IMG/VR virus record: IMGVR_UViG_3300022190_001504
Location: 1 to 39,939 of that record
DNA length: 39,939 nucleotides
Reading direction: 5' to 3' (one strand)
From: a virus
Taxonomy: Duplodnaviria > Caudoviricetes
Below are positions 1 to 8,254 of the stretch, one piece after another. Position numbers and translations under genes: made by a program. The notes beneath the pieces were generated by a model. It was given only the letters and a program-made list of their open reading frames with translations. It had not been told where the DNA came from and searched no databases. The first letter of the stretch is position 1, and each line of letters begins with the position of its first letter.

Positions 1-3
1 CTG

Positions 4-127
4 CCGCATCGGGAGCGGTCAGGGAAACAACGATGAATTCAAGGGTTGCGGTGGTTTCGGGATCGGGGGACCAGCGCGCGGCTTCTATGGATGCCACAAC
101 CTCACGCGTCGGTAGGATCATGGCGCC
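4..127. repeat. Terminal direct repeat, left copy (circular assembly overlap)
   Basis: 4-127 is identical to 39813-39936; the 142-aa ORF starting at 39930 has its upstream region at 122 onward. Confidence 0.95.
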
Positions 128-136
128 CCGGAACGG

Positions 137-165
137 AAAATGGCGGCTCCACACAGGAACCGCCA
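137..165 (-). terminator. Intrinsic terminator-like hairpin
   Basis: Minus strand TGGCGGTTCC-TGTGT-GGAGCCGCCA followed by TTTT. Confidence 0.55.
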
Positions 166-208
166 CTCTGAATTTACCAAATAAAGCGATTTGTGGGCGC
201 TGTAAAGC

Positions 209-313
209 CTACGTATTCCCGCTCCCATGCCGGATCGCTTTCCAGACGATCCACACGATAAGCGGCGCGGCCGCAATCACCCCGATCAACAGCGCGACCT
301 GATCCGGGTTCAT
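209..313 (-). CDS. 34-aa single-TM peptide (not in ORF track)
   Basis: MNPDQVALLIGVIAAAPLIVWIVWKAIRHGSGNT; ATGA overlap with the upstream stop, preceded by GGAGG. Confidence 0.65.
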   Translation of the reverse strand: MNPDQVALLIGVIAAAPLIVWIVWKAIRHGSGNT

Positions 314-849
314 GCCGCCTCCCGCTTGTACATGCCCATGTGATCCGCAAGGGCGGTCAAGCCGATAGCCAACACGTCAAGCGAACGCGGGGGCGAGCCG
401 TGCATGACGCGTTGCACCTCCCGGAGCGACCGATACGAATAGCGCCGGATGGCTGTCACCACCTCGAGGTACTCGGCCACGGCGGCCTGCGCCTGGTCGA
501 GCGTCATCCCGCCTTCGCCCGAACCTTGGACGAAGTCACGGAGCTGCCCGGCCGTCACCCGGGGAGCCCGGATGGCGACTACGTACCGGGCATAGACGGT
601 TCGGGCGTAGCGGCCTGCGTGGTACTGTTCTTCGGTCAGTCGGGCGGCCACCCTATCGACGGGACAGACTTCCTCACGTACGGCCTTCCAATCGCCAAAT
701 AGGGCCATCCTGCGGGCCATCGTCTCGGCTGTTGGCTCGATCACCTCGCCCCGAGGTGTTTTCCGGCGCTCGATTTCCGCCTCGGTCGGGCGCAAGCCCC
801 CTGACGGGTAGCGTTGCCCCTGTTTTCGCGGTCGCCCCAATCGCCCCAT
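310..849 (-). CDS. Hypothetical protein, candidate late transcription regulator
   Basis: Basic N-terminus GRPRKQGQRYPSG, helical C-terminus; sits between replication and packaging genes, the position of Q or late activators. Confidence 0.55.
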   Translation of the reverse strand: MGRLGRPRKQGQRYPSGGLRPTEAEIERRKTPRGEVIEPTAETMARRMALFGDWKAVREEVCPVDRVAARLTEEQYHAGRYARTVYARYVVAIRAPRVTAGQLRDFVQGSGEGGMTLDQAQAAVAEYLEVVTAIRRYSYRSLREVQRVMHGSPPRSLDVLAIGLTALADHMGMYKREAA

Positions 850-858
850 GGTGCGCCC

Positions 859-1185
859 CTACTCGCCGGCGCCGTTGGCGGTCATCTGGGCGAACGGCAC
901 GCCGAAGGTGGGCAAGCGTGCGTTATCGACCGGCTGGCCGAAGGGCGATGGCATGCGGGTCGTGTCGATGTCGGCCGGCGCGGGTGCATCGGCGCGGACG
1001 GCCAGCAGGGCAGCGTCAGCCGCATCGAGCCGGGACTGCGCGGAGACATACGCCTCGTTGCAATCGGCGTGAGCGCGGTTGGCGATGATCTGCACCTCGC
1101 GCGCCTCACTCAAGGCGGCGAAGGCGAGCCGCACGGCTGCGGACGCGTCTCGGAATTCGTTCAGGCACTGCGAGTGGTTGGTCAT
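859..1185 (-). CDS. Hypothetical coiled-coil protein
   Basis: Start re-called at MTNHSQCL (GGAG SD upstream); Ala-rich heptad pattern. Confidence 0.7.
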   Translation of the reverse strand: MTNHSQCLNEFRDASAAVRLAFAALSEAREVQIIANRAHADCNEAYVSAQSRLDAADAALLAVRADAPAPADIDTTRMPSPFGQPVDNARLPTFGVPFAQMTANGAGE

Positions 1186-1335
1186 GGTCGGGCTCCTGGT
1201 GTGGTGCCCGTGGTCCGGTCCTGCGGTGGTCACTAGCGGACTACTCGCCTGATGGTTGTGCCGGGGGTCGGCGGGGCGGTCAACACGGACCAAACGAAAG
1301 AAAGAATTTTCCTTCCTGTTGTGTTGGCCCGGGCC

Positions 1336-1477
1336 GGGTGTTGCTTTCGGCCCCCCTAAAGGGGGCTCCGAAAAGAGCAACACACCACCCGGTGTCCGCA
1401 GACCAGAAGCAACACCTAGCAACACCTAGCAACACCCCCACCTAAGCCATTGAAAAGATTAGACATGAGGTGTTGCC
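1336..1477. promoter_or_regulatory. Putative replication origin: inverted repeat plus 10-bp iterons
   Basis: GTGTTGCT-TTCGG-CCCCCC-TAAA-GGGGG-CT-CCGAA-AAG-AGCAACAC hairpin (1338-1383); AGCAACACCT tandem x3 (1408-1436, last copy 9 bp); further inverted copy near 1470; directly downstream of the primase-helicase. Confidence 0.65.
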
Positions 1478-3411
1478 TCGTTTTCCAACACGTACCAAAG
1501 CTTGGCTCCTTCAGCCTCCTTGGCATAAACGTGCTTGGCAACAGCCAAATCTGAAAGGATCAACTGCACTGTTGGCCTTTTAAGGCCAGTTTCTTCCACT
1601 AGCTCTTTCACGAATTTCGGCCCTTCGGACAGCAGCGTCATGACCAGCCGGGCGGATTTGGAGAGGGGTTTGCCGGCTGGTTCCGTGGCCGCTGGCGGGG
1701 GCTCGACATAGTCCACCCGGCAGGTGGTGTCGGGTTCGCCGCTGCGCTTGGTTCCCATCTCGACGACGCGCAGGGCGTAGTCTGACAGGGTGAAGCCGTC
1801 GCGGCCGTCCTTGGCCTTCTCGAGCCAGAGGGATCGCCTGGACGTCTCGCCGGTGTCCTCGTCCTTGTCCACGCGGCACTCGATGGCGAAGTCGGCGTTG
1901 GCGCGGATCCCCGACCAGCCACGCAGGCCCCGTGCGACGTCCTTGCCGGTGTGCGCCACCAGCAGGACCACGGCCCCCAGCCTGTTCGCCATCCGATGGA
2001 AGGCGAGCATGATGGGCCCCATGTCCTTTTGGGCGTTCTCGTCGGCGCTTGGGGCGGCGGCGGCCAGCGTGTCGATGACCACGATGCGCAGGGGCGCCCC
2101 GCGCGCCCGCATCTCCCGGGCGACGTCCTCGGCATAGAGGGACAGCTTCTCGACGTCCCCTGTTTCGGCCCTGGACAGGTCCAGCAGCGCCGGAAGGTAG
2201 TTGAGCGGCAGGACGACATCGTCCATGCCGTGCGCCTGCCGTGCGGCCACGAGACGCTTGCGCAGGCCGCCTTGGCCCTCGGCTGCGAAGTAGAGGACGC
2301 CTGACGCTTCCGTGAACCGTCCAAGCACGCGCCCGCCGCTGGCGATCCGCATGGCCCAATCGACCGTGATGAACGACTTGCCCGCGCTGGACGGCCCGTA
2401 GATGACCCCTACCCCATTTGAGGGAATAAGCCCTTCGATCAGCTCGGGCTCGTAGGCGTAGGCGATGTCATCGATCCACTGGCCGGTGAGGCCGTGGGTG
2501 GGGGGCGCTGGTTCGTCCCGGGCCTTGAGAAAGCCGACGACATCGAAGCCCTCGGCAATGGCGTCAGCCGCGTCCCATTTGTCGGGCTTGCCTGCGGGCG
2601 GGTTGAGGCGTTGGACAATGCAGCCGATGGCGGTGAGGGGCCCGGCCATCTCGTCCATCAGCTTGAAGCCTGGCGCGTCGTTATCGGGCCAGAGAATGAC
2701 CGTCTTGCCGGCGAGCGGCGTCAGGTCGGTCTTGTCGATGATCGTGCTCGAGCCGCCCATCAGCGTGGTGGCGTCTACCCCAATTGAGGTAAGGGCGTCG
2801 GCGCATTTCTCGCCTTCGACCAATACGACAAAAGCGGACGTATGCCACCGCTCGAGGCCATAAAGCGGGCGCGGGGTTGGCATGCCGCCGGGCACCACGA
2901 ACGTCTTCTTCCCGTTGGACAGGGCCATGCGGGCGACTTCGCATATCTTCTTGCCCGCCTTGTCGCGGTAGACGTATTTCGCCTCGATAGTGCTGGTGGG
3001 TTCGGGCTCGACGGGCTTTGCGGCTTCGACCTTGTGCCGCACCTCGGCCCGTGGCGCCGGGGCCCCGCCTAGCCACTGGTCGCACTCGGCCAGGATTTGC
3101 GGAAAGTCGCGGTGGGGGTCGAGATTGTGGGCGACGGCGTAGAGCCCGAATATGTCGCCCTTCTCGTTGCCGTTGGCGTGGTCGATGTAGCGCCCGGCTG
3201 TCTCGTCGGCCGTGAGGCTGATGGACATGCTGTAGCCGCGTGCGCCGCTGGCGTCGCCAATGCGTGCGTCCCGTGCGGTCATGATCGCGCGGGGGTACAG
3301 ATAGCGCACGAAGTCACGCACGCGCGCTTGCAGGCCCTTGCGGACCCGCTCGCGCTTCAACGTGGCGTCCTCGAGCACTGACTGGCGTGGAGCAGAATTA
3401 AAGTCGATCAA
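1459..3411 (-). CDS. DNA primase (TOPRIM)-RepA/AAA_25-type helicase fusion with C-terminal winged HTH
   Basis: TOPRIM motifs LVEGEKCAD and WPDND; Walker A GPSSAGKS; Walker B VVIDT; HTGKD..RGWS; C-terminal wHTH. Start re-called at TTG 3411 (TTGA overlap). Confidence 0.9.
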   Translation of the reverse strand: MIDFNSAPRQSVLEDATLKRERVRKGLQARVRDFVRYLYPRAIMTARDARIGDASGARGYSMSISLTADETAGRYIDHANGNEKGDIFGLYAVAHNLDPHRDFPQILAECDQWLGGAPAPRAEVRHKVEAAKPVEPEPTSTIEAKYVYRDKAGKKICEVARMALSNGKKTFVVPGGMPTPRPLYGLERWHTSAFVVLVEGEKCADALTSIGVDATTLMGGSSTIIDKTDLTPLAGKTVILWPDNDAPGFKLMDEMAGPLTAIGCIVQRLNPPAGKPDKWDAADAIAEGFDVVGFLKARDEPAPPTHGLTGQWIDDIAYAYEPELIEGLIPSNGVGVIYGPSSAGKSFITVDWAMRIASGGRVLGRFTEASGVLYFAAEGQGGLRKRLVAARQAHGMDDVVLPLNYLPALLDLSRAETGDVEKLSLYAEDVAREMRARGAPLRIVVIDTLAAAAPSADENAQKDMGPIMLAFHRMANRLGAVVLLVAHTGKDVARGLRGWSGIRANADFAIECRVDKDEDTGETSRRSLWLEKAKDGRDGFTLSDYALRVVEMGTKRSGEPDTTCRVDYVEPPPAATEPAGKPLSKSARLVMTLLSEGPKFVKELVEETGLKRPTVQLILSDLAVAKHVYAKEAEGAKLWYVLENEATPHV

Positions 3412-4136
3412 GACCAGCACCTCCGCTTGAACGGGCAATCGCTGCAGGCGTAGAACTCGGGCGTCTCGGTGCATCGCGGCCGCATGGCCCCGGCGCGGCT
3501 GTCGAGAATGATCGACACGGCGCGGTCGGATGCGGCTTGAGCTCGCGCCTTGTCGAACGGCACGAACTCTAGAAGCACCTCCATCGTGTCGGCGTTGGTG
3601 GCATGAAACAGCGCGGGCGCCGTGAGGCCGAGATAGGCCTGATAGACTGCAACCTGATCCGCATATTCGGGCTTGGCTTTCGCCAGGCCCTTGCTCTCGA
3701 TGGCCTTCCAGCTCTTCGCCCCCAGCGCCTTGTGCTCCCAGATGAAGGGATACTCCAAAGGCAGCGGCCCGCCCGTGCAGACGCGGTCAACGTGACCGGC
3801 GAACGAGCCGTCGGCCACCTTGAAGCCCAGCGGCTTGCCATCGCGCCCCGTCTGCTTGAGATGGAAACCGGCGTCCACGAGCCACGTCGCGGCCATGCTT
3901 TCGAACAGGTGCCCGCGCTGGAATATGCGCAGCGTGCGCGCGCTGAACCGCCAGCCCTCGTCATGCGGCGTGCCGAGGAATTCATACTGCACCTTCCGCT
4001 CGCAGGGCGAGCCGATAGCGGACGCGCCGACATACGTGCGCCGCTTCTCTGCCGGCGGCGGGAGCCCGTCGATAAGCGCATGGATGGCGGCGACGTCTGC
4101 CGTGCGGACCATCGAGCCCGGATTAAGGTCGATCAT
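3408..4136 (-). CDS. Cas4-like PD-(D/E)XK exonuclease
   Basis: ASAIGSPCERK, RGH, GHVD, EHK, QVAVY motifs; C-terminal CxxCxxxxxC completes a 4-Cys Fe-S set. Confidence 0.85.
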   Translation of the reverse strand: MIDLNPGSMVRTADVAAIHALIDGLPPPAEKRRTYVGASAIGSPCERKVQYEFLGTPHDEGWRFSARTLRIFQRGHLFESMAATWLVDAGFHLKQTGRDGKPLGFKVADGSFAGHVDRVCTGGPLPLEYPFIWEHKALGAKSWKAIESKGLAKAKPEYADQVAVYQAYLGLTAPALFHATNADTMEVLLEFVPFDKARAQAASDRAVSIILDSRAGAMRPRCTETPEFYACSDCPFKRRCWS

Positions 4137-4486
4137 GCGCGCTTCCTCCCCGCGTTCAGCAGCCTGTCATATTCAGCCTCACTCACCACGCGGTTCGTGC
4201 CGCGCACCTCCACGAGCCGCATCCGCTTGCGCTTCTCCACTGGCGGCGGCGCTGGTTCTGGCTTGCGCTCGACCGGCTTGCCGTCACGCCCGCGCACGGC
4301 GTAGACGCCGCAGCGTTCGTTGTACGTGTCGCGCGCCATGCGGAAGTGCGGCCCGTGTTCGGCCTGGCACATCGGCCGCAATTGCGTGCGCAGGTACGCG
4401 CACCCCTCACACGTCCGTTTGCTCGCAGCCTCGCGCGCCGATGCCTTGGCTGCTTCGATGTCCATGTGCTTGTGTCGGATGCTCAC
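4133..4486 (-). CDS. Hypothetical protein with CxxC (possible Zn ligand set)
   Basis: CEGCAY..C..C; 4-nt overlaps with both neighbours. Confidence 0.7.
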   Translation of the reverse strand: MSIRHKHMDIEAAKASAREAASKRTCEGCAYLRTQLRPMCQAEHGPHFRMARDTYNERCGVYAVRGRDGKPVERKPEPAPPPVEKRKRMRLVEVRGTNRVVSEAEYDRLLNAGRKRA

Positions 4487-4872
4487 GCTGGCATCTCCTC
4501 TATTGTGGGGTCCTCAAGCGTCTGCATGCGGGTCTGCTCAATGGCTTCCGCGCCGATGGCGAACAGCTTCGCCACGTCCACCCGCGACCATCGGCCCAGC
4601 GGCTCAGCCCACGGCAGGCCGCTGGCCTTGTCCGCAATGAGCGGCAACGCCGCCTCGGCAAAGCCGATCGTCATCGCATCGGGCGAACCGCAACGCGGCG
4701 TGCCGCGACGCGTGGCCCAGTTGCAGGTGCGGGCCTGTATCCATGTGTTGATTGACGTGAACGCGAGAAACCACGCCTCTTTATCGGTCACCGCGTGCCG
4801 GCGTTCGCCAAGCATGCGTTTGAGCGTGGCGGCCGCCGCAACGGTCGCCAGGTTGTCTGGATCATCTGTCAT
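4483..4872 (-). CDS. Hypothetical replication-module protein
   Basis: Coupled ORF between SSB and nuclease; PLGRWSRVDV helix motif. Confidence 0.7.
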   Translation of the reverse strand: MTDDPDNLATVAAAATLKRMLGERRHAVTDKEAWFLAFTSINTWIQARTCNWATRRGTPRCGSPDAMTIGFAEAALPLIADKASGLPWAEPLGRWSRVDVAKLFAIGAEAIEQTRMQTLEDPTIEEMPA

Positions 4873-4920
4873 TGTATTTGCCCCAGCGTGGGGGCGAGAG
4901 TTACCCCGCCCCCTGCCCGG

Positions 4921-5499
4921 TTACGCCCAGGCCGGGCGGTTGCCCGCCGGTGCAGACACGGCTGGCGTGCCGTTGGCCTTGGAGACGGCCTTGCCCTTCT
5001 TCGCGGGCGTGAAGCCGGCATAGTCCTGGTCATCCGGCGTCACCGCGCGAAGCGTGTTCTTGGCTTTGCCGGTTTTCGTCTCGCCCGTGCGCTGGTCCAC
5101 GTAGTCGGTGGCCTTCTCGATCCCGAAGCGCGCGACGAACTCAAGGCCGTCGAGGTCTTCCCACTCATTGATGCGGCGCGCTTCCATCGCGGCGGCCTTG
5201 TCGTCTGCCGGGTCGATGCCGTAGGCGCTCTCGAGCATGGCGCGCAGCGCCGCGTGCGAGATGCGGACCATGGTGTTGTGGCCCTCGGAGCCGTTGCCCG
5301 CGATGCCGACCCATCCCCACGCCTTGCGGCCTTTGTAGGGCCCGGCGGTGACGGTGTACTCAACGTCGAGGCCTTGCGCGCCGGACTTGCCCGTCTTGAT
5401 TTCGCGCAGGGCCATGATGACGGGCGCCACGGTGTTCTCAGGGATCGGCTCGCCGGCGGGAGCGGATTGACGTTCGGCCAGGTTGAAGTCGATAGACAT
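4921..5499 (-). CDS. Single-stranded DNA-binding protein (DUF669-like)
   Basis: LDVEYTVTAGPYKGRKAW motif, flexible tail ending RPAWA, follows the AAA_24 ATPase. Confidence 0.75.
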   Translation of the reverse strand: MSIDFNLAERQSAPAGEPIPENTVAPVIMALREIKTGKSGAQGLDVEYTVTAGPYKGRKAWGWVGIAGNGSEGHNTMVRISHAALRAMLESAYGIDPADDKAAAMEARRINEWEDLDGLEFVARFGIEKATDYVDQRTGETKTGKAKNTLRAVTPDDQDYAGFTPAKKGKAVSKANGTPAVSAPAGNRPAWA

Positions 5500-5530
5500 G
5501 ATGCGTGTTCTTTCTCTTGATGGGGATTGA

Positions 5531-6367
5531 TCAGGCAGCGGCGCGCGGTGTCGTCTTGGCGGATGCTCCGCGCGCCGTGTCGTTCAGCTTGTTGAAGAGG
5601 TCGCCCAGATGGGGTTTTTCCATCGGGTCGAGACGGCCGGAGCGGTCCTTCGCGGGGAAGCCGAAGGGGTTGTCCGGGTTCGTCACAAAGGCGCGGTAGG
5701 GCTCGCCGTCGTCGGGGCGGATGATTGCGAGGGTGACGCAGCAATCCACGATGCCGGGGATTTCACGCGCGGCCTTCGCCCCGTCGATCTGCATAGCCCA
5801 CGACTTCCTTTTGAAGTCGTCCTCTTTCTCGTCCAGCAAGCAAACGAACACGATGTTGGTGATCCGCGCGTGTTGCATGCGCGTGATCCAGAGAACCAGT
5901 TCGCGTCCAAGCAAACCATAAACGCCCAACAAGTTCTTCTCGCCTTTGGCGTTAAAGCCTTCGGGCTGGTGTTCAGCCCACGCAAAGCAGAGACGGCCGG
6001 CAACCGACAGGCTGTCGATAAACACCGTGTCGTATTTCTTCAGCGCATCGGGCGAGCCGAAGCGTTGAATGCAGGCGTCGTAATGCTCCTGCCCATAGAC
6101 GTCTTTCGGCCTGACGTTCGGGTTCGGCCCGGCAAGGAAACAAGCCAGGTCGCGACACTCGGACCATGTCTGCGGGCGCAGCTGGTCCACACGCAGGTCT
6201 TGAACAGCGAGGTCCCCACTCTCAAGATCACAAAACAACACGGTCGAGGGGTCGAGTGTGCGCAGCAACGAAGTCTTGCCGACGCCTGCTTGTCCAAGCA
6301 CCATGAGTTTAACACCGCGCTGCTGACGCATTCGGTCATCAGCGCCGATAATCGGTAGGCCGCCCAT
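5531..6367 (-). CDS. Sak4-like AAA_24 ATPase (recombination/annealing)
   Basis: Walker A GQAGVGKT, FIDSLS, AKDRSG; start re-called after AAGGAGG SD. Confidence 0.85.
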   Translation of the reverse strand: MGGLPIIGADDRMRQQRGVKLMVLGQAGVGKTSLLRTLDPSTVLFCDLESGDLAVQDLRVDQLRPQTWSECRDLACFLAGPNPNVRPKDVYGQEHYDACIQRFGSPDALKKYDTVFIDSLSVAGRLCFAWAEHQPEGFNAKGEKNLLGVYGLLGRELVLWITRMQHARITNIVFVCLLDEKEDDFKRKSWAMQIDGAKAAREIPGIVDCCVTLAIIRPDDGEPYRAFVTNPDNPFGFPAKDRSGRLDPMEKPHLGDLFNKLNDTARGASAKTTPRAAA

Positions 6368-6468
6368 GCGGTCCTCCTTCTCCATTTTCGGCCTTCGCTC
6401 CTTGCTTCGCCCTTGAGTGGGCGCCCGTGGAGGGAGGAGAAGGCCATCGCCCGACCATATTAGACGGC

Positions 6469-6966
6469 TCACGCCGCCCTATTCTGGTCGCCTCCACGGG
6501 TTCGCCCTGTGAGCCATGACCAGTTGCGGCCAGTGGCAATGTCGCTGATGCCTTGCTGTGTGACGCCGTACCGCTCCGCGATCTTGCGCTGAGACACGAC
6601 GCCAAGCAGGCTAACGATTTCTAGAACCTGTTCTTCGGAAAAGACGTTCTTCCAGCACGAGCGCCCGCGCATCATCGTGCCGTGCTCATACTTGTCGTGC
6701 GTGTTGGCGAGCCGCGTTTTCCAGCTCAGATGACGGACGTTGACGCAAGCGCGCACGTTGCACGAATGCGCGGCGTCCATGCCAGCCGGGTCTTCACCTG
6801 TCGTGATGATCAGCGCGACGCGATGAACGCAGCGATTGCGCTTCTCATAGTAGATCGCGCCGTATCCATTGTGGCGATACTTGCCAAACGGCCACAGAAT
6901 GCATTCGTCCGTGTCGCGATTGATCGCGTCACGCAGAAACGCCATGCCCTCGCCGTGCTTGCTCAT
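6469..6966 (-). CDS. HNH endonuclease with C-terminal HTH
   Basis: CILW, VHRVA, AAHSCNVRACVNVRHL..N; SQRKIAERYGVTQQGISDI HTH. Confidence 0.9.
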   Translation of the reverse strand: MSKHGEGMAFLRDAINRDTDECILWPFGKYRHNGYGAIYYEKRNRCVHRVALIITTGEDPAGMDAAHSCNVRACVNVRHLSWKTRLANTHDKYEHGTMMRGRSCWKNVFSEEQVLEIVSLLGVVSQRKIAERYGVTQQGISDIATGRNWSWLTGRTRGGDQNRAA

Positions 6967-7394
6967 GCCGCCACCTGCTGACGCATGGCGGGCGATATGG
7001 AGACTTCGGCGCGCGGCTCTGTGCCGAAGCGCTTGATGACGATCAGCTCACAGACACTTTTGTCGTCAACCCAAGCCACCCCATTTAGACCGTCCATGAT
7101 CGCTTTCGCGACGTTGTCGAGGTCCACGACTGCGGGCGCGATTTCGTTCGCCAGCGCGGCCGCAATGCGCTTCTTCGGCCACGACGGAGCGGGCGCGAAA
7201 TAGGCGACAATCTCGACGCGGTGCGGCCCCTCGGAGATGCGTGCGCCGGCCGACTTGGCGCACAGCTTCACGAGGTTTTCGTAAGACGCCGTCTGCGCAT
7301 CCGTGTAGGTGCGCCCGCCACGCGGCGTGGATACGAAGCGTGGACGCCCCTTCCCTCGCACAAGGCCTGGCACGGTGAACCAGAGGCGCGTCAT
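6963..7394 (-). CDS. rusA: RusA-family Holliday junction resolvase
   Basis: GKGRPRF N-terminus; DLDNVAKAIMDGLNGVAWVDD catalytic motif; start re-called at MTRLWF. Confidence 0.9.
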   Translation of the reverse strand: MTRLWFTVPGLVRGKGRPRFVSTPRGGRTYTDAQTASYENLVKLCAKSAGARISEGPHRVEIVAYFAPAPSWPKKRIAAALANEIAPAVVDLDNVAKAIMDGLNGVAWVDDKSVCELIVIKRFGTEPRAEVSISPAMRQQVAA

Positions 7395-7404
7395 GCGCAC
7401 ACCG

Positions 7405-7435
7405 CTGAATAAAAGGCCTGCGCCGAAGCGCAGGC
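7405..7435 (-). terminator. Intrinsic terminator with cUUCGg tetraloop
   Basis: Minus strand GCCTGCGC-TTCG-GCGCAGGC-CTTTTATT. Confidence 0.7.
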
Positions 7436-7575
7436 AGTCCCGACCGGACCACGGACGGGGGTTGAAAGGGTCAGCAGCGGGGCGTGGGGTCCGGGGGGGA
7501 TTGGGCGCCCCGCTGCCGTTCGCGCGGTTGGGACGCGCGAATTCTGTGTGGGATGCGCAAGAACATCCCACGAAA
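7405..7575 (-). ncRNA. Putative structured RNA (sRNA or regulatory leader)
   Basis: Perfect stems 7474-7484/7506-7516, 7519-7526/7534-7541 and 7548-7555/7564-7571, the first two with C-rich loops, ending at the terminator. Confidence 0.45.
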
Positions 7576-7660
7576 TCTGAACTTTTGGGGTTGACCCCGG
7601 ATTGGGTGCGACGTTTTGTACAGTATCGCACACAGAGGCGTGGCAACCGGGGGGAACCGA

Positions 7661-7939
7661 ATGACCGACACAGCCAAACTCGTAAGCCGTGGGGAGCAGA
7701 GGTTCTGCCCGGTCACGAACCGCGTGATCAGCACGATCTACGGAATGACCAAGGACGGCGATATCGCCGTGATCGACACCTGCGTTGCCACGGTCGAGGA
7801 TTTCAAATTCTGGTGCGGGCTTAACCGGAAAGTGCTGGACGAAATCCTGCGGTACGAGGCCGAACAGTACATCGAAAGCCTGCCCAAAGGGCGGCGGCGC
7901 AAGGCTTCCAGCAACGTCGTGCAACTGAAGCGGGGCTGA
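7661..7939 (+). CDS. Hypothetical 92-aa protein, convergent with cro
   Basis: ATG 7661 after purine-rich GGGGGGA; GC-rich third codon positions; ends SNVVQLKRG. Confidence 0.7.
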   Translation: MTDTAKLVSRGEQRFCPVTNRVISTIYGMTKDGDIAVIDTCVATVEDFKFWCGLNRKVLDEILRYEAEQYIESLPKGRRRKASSNVVQLKRG

Positions 7940-7941
7940 CA

Positions 7942-8151
7942 TCAGCTGGCCCTCGCCAGCTTGCGCGTGGGGGCCCAGCTGTCGAGCGTCACGGCGCCGT
8001 CCGACTTGTCGCGGATAAGCAGCATCAGCTCGTAAGACGGTGTGACCTTGCCCCGGCGCAGCTTCGAAATATGTGCCCTGTCGCGCGCGAACAGCTTCGC
8101 CGCCCTGGCGTCGTCGATGCTTGAAAGCTCTAACCACTTGGCGAATGTCAT
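7942..8151 (-). CDS. cro: Cro-like HTH repressor
   Basis: 69 aa MTFAKWL..AAKLFARDRAHISKLRRGKVTPS..DGAVTLDSW; divergent from cI. Confidence 0.85.
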   Translation of the reverse strand: MTFAKWLELSSIDDARAAKLFARDRAHISKLRRGKVTPSYELMLLIRDKSDGAVTLDSWAPTRKLARAS

Positions 8152-8157
8152 GCACCA

Positions 8158-8220
8158 AACGTGCACTGAGTGCACATTCGGGTCAAGGCCCTCCCTTATA
8201 AAAATGTGCACGGCGTGCCA
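8158..8220. promoter_or_regulatory. OR-like operators and cro promoter
   Basis: GTGCAC-TGA-GTGCAC (8161-8175), GTGCAC-GGC-GTGCCA (8206-8220); minus-strand TTGACC-N17-CACGTT. Confidence 0.8.
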
Positions 8221-8254
8221 TAGACGTTGACGAACGGGGGCGAACGATGTCGCC

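Noticed and set aside
4-127. Biological terminal repeat or att site
   Set aside because: The repeat cuts through an ORF, has k-mer-like length with ragged ends, and a separate attP exists; most likely an assembly overlap
1186-1425. N-terminal extension of ORF 859-1425
   Set aside because: Crosses the origin repeats; a good SD sits before ATG 1185
1408-1436. CRISPR mini-array linked to the Cas4-like gene
   Set aside because: 10-bp tandem units with no spacers; no repeat-spacer array seen anywhere
7561-7575. Alphaproteobacterial LexA box (GAAC-N7-GAAC)
   Set aside because: Reads GAAC-N7-GAAA and overlaps an inverted repeat; the similar site at 8232-8245 has N6 spacing; too weak to call
7391-7942. 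cII-like minus-strand ORF after cro (MSAPLQL...)
   Set aside because: Has a TGATG overlap, but it is the antisense shadow of the better-looking 7661-7939 gene and runs through hairpins and a terminator; not fully excluded
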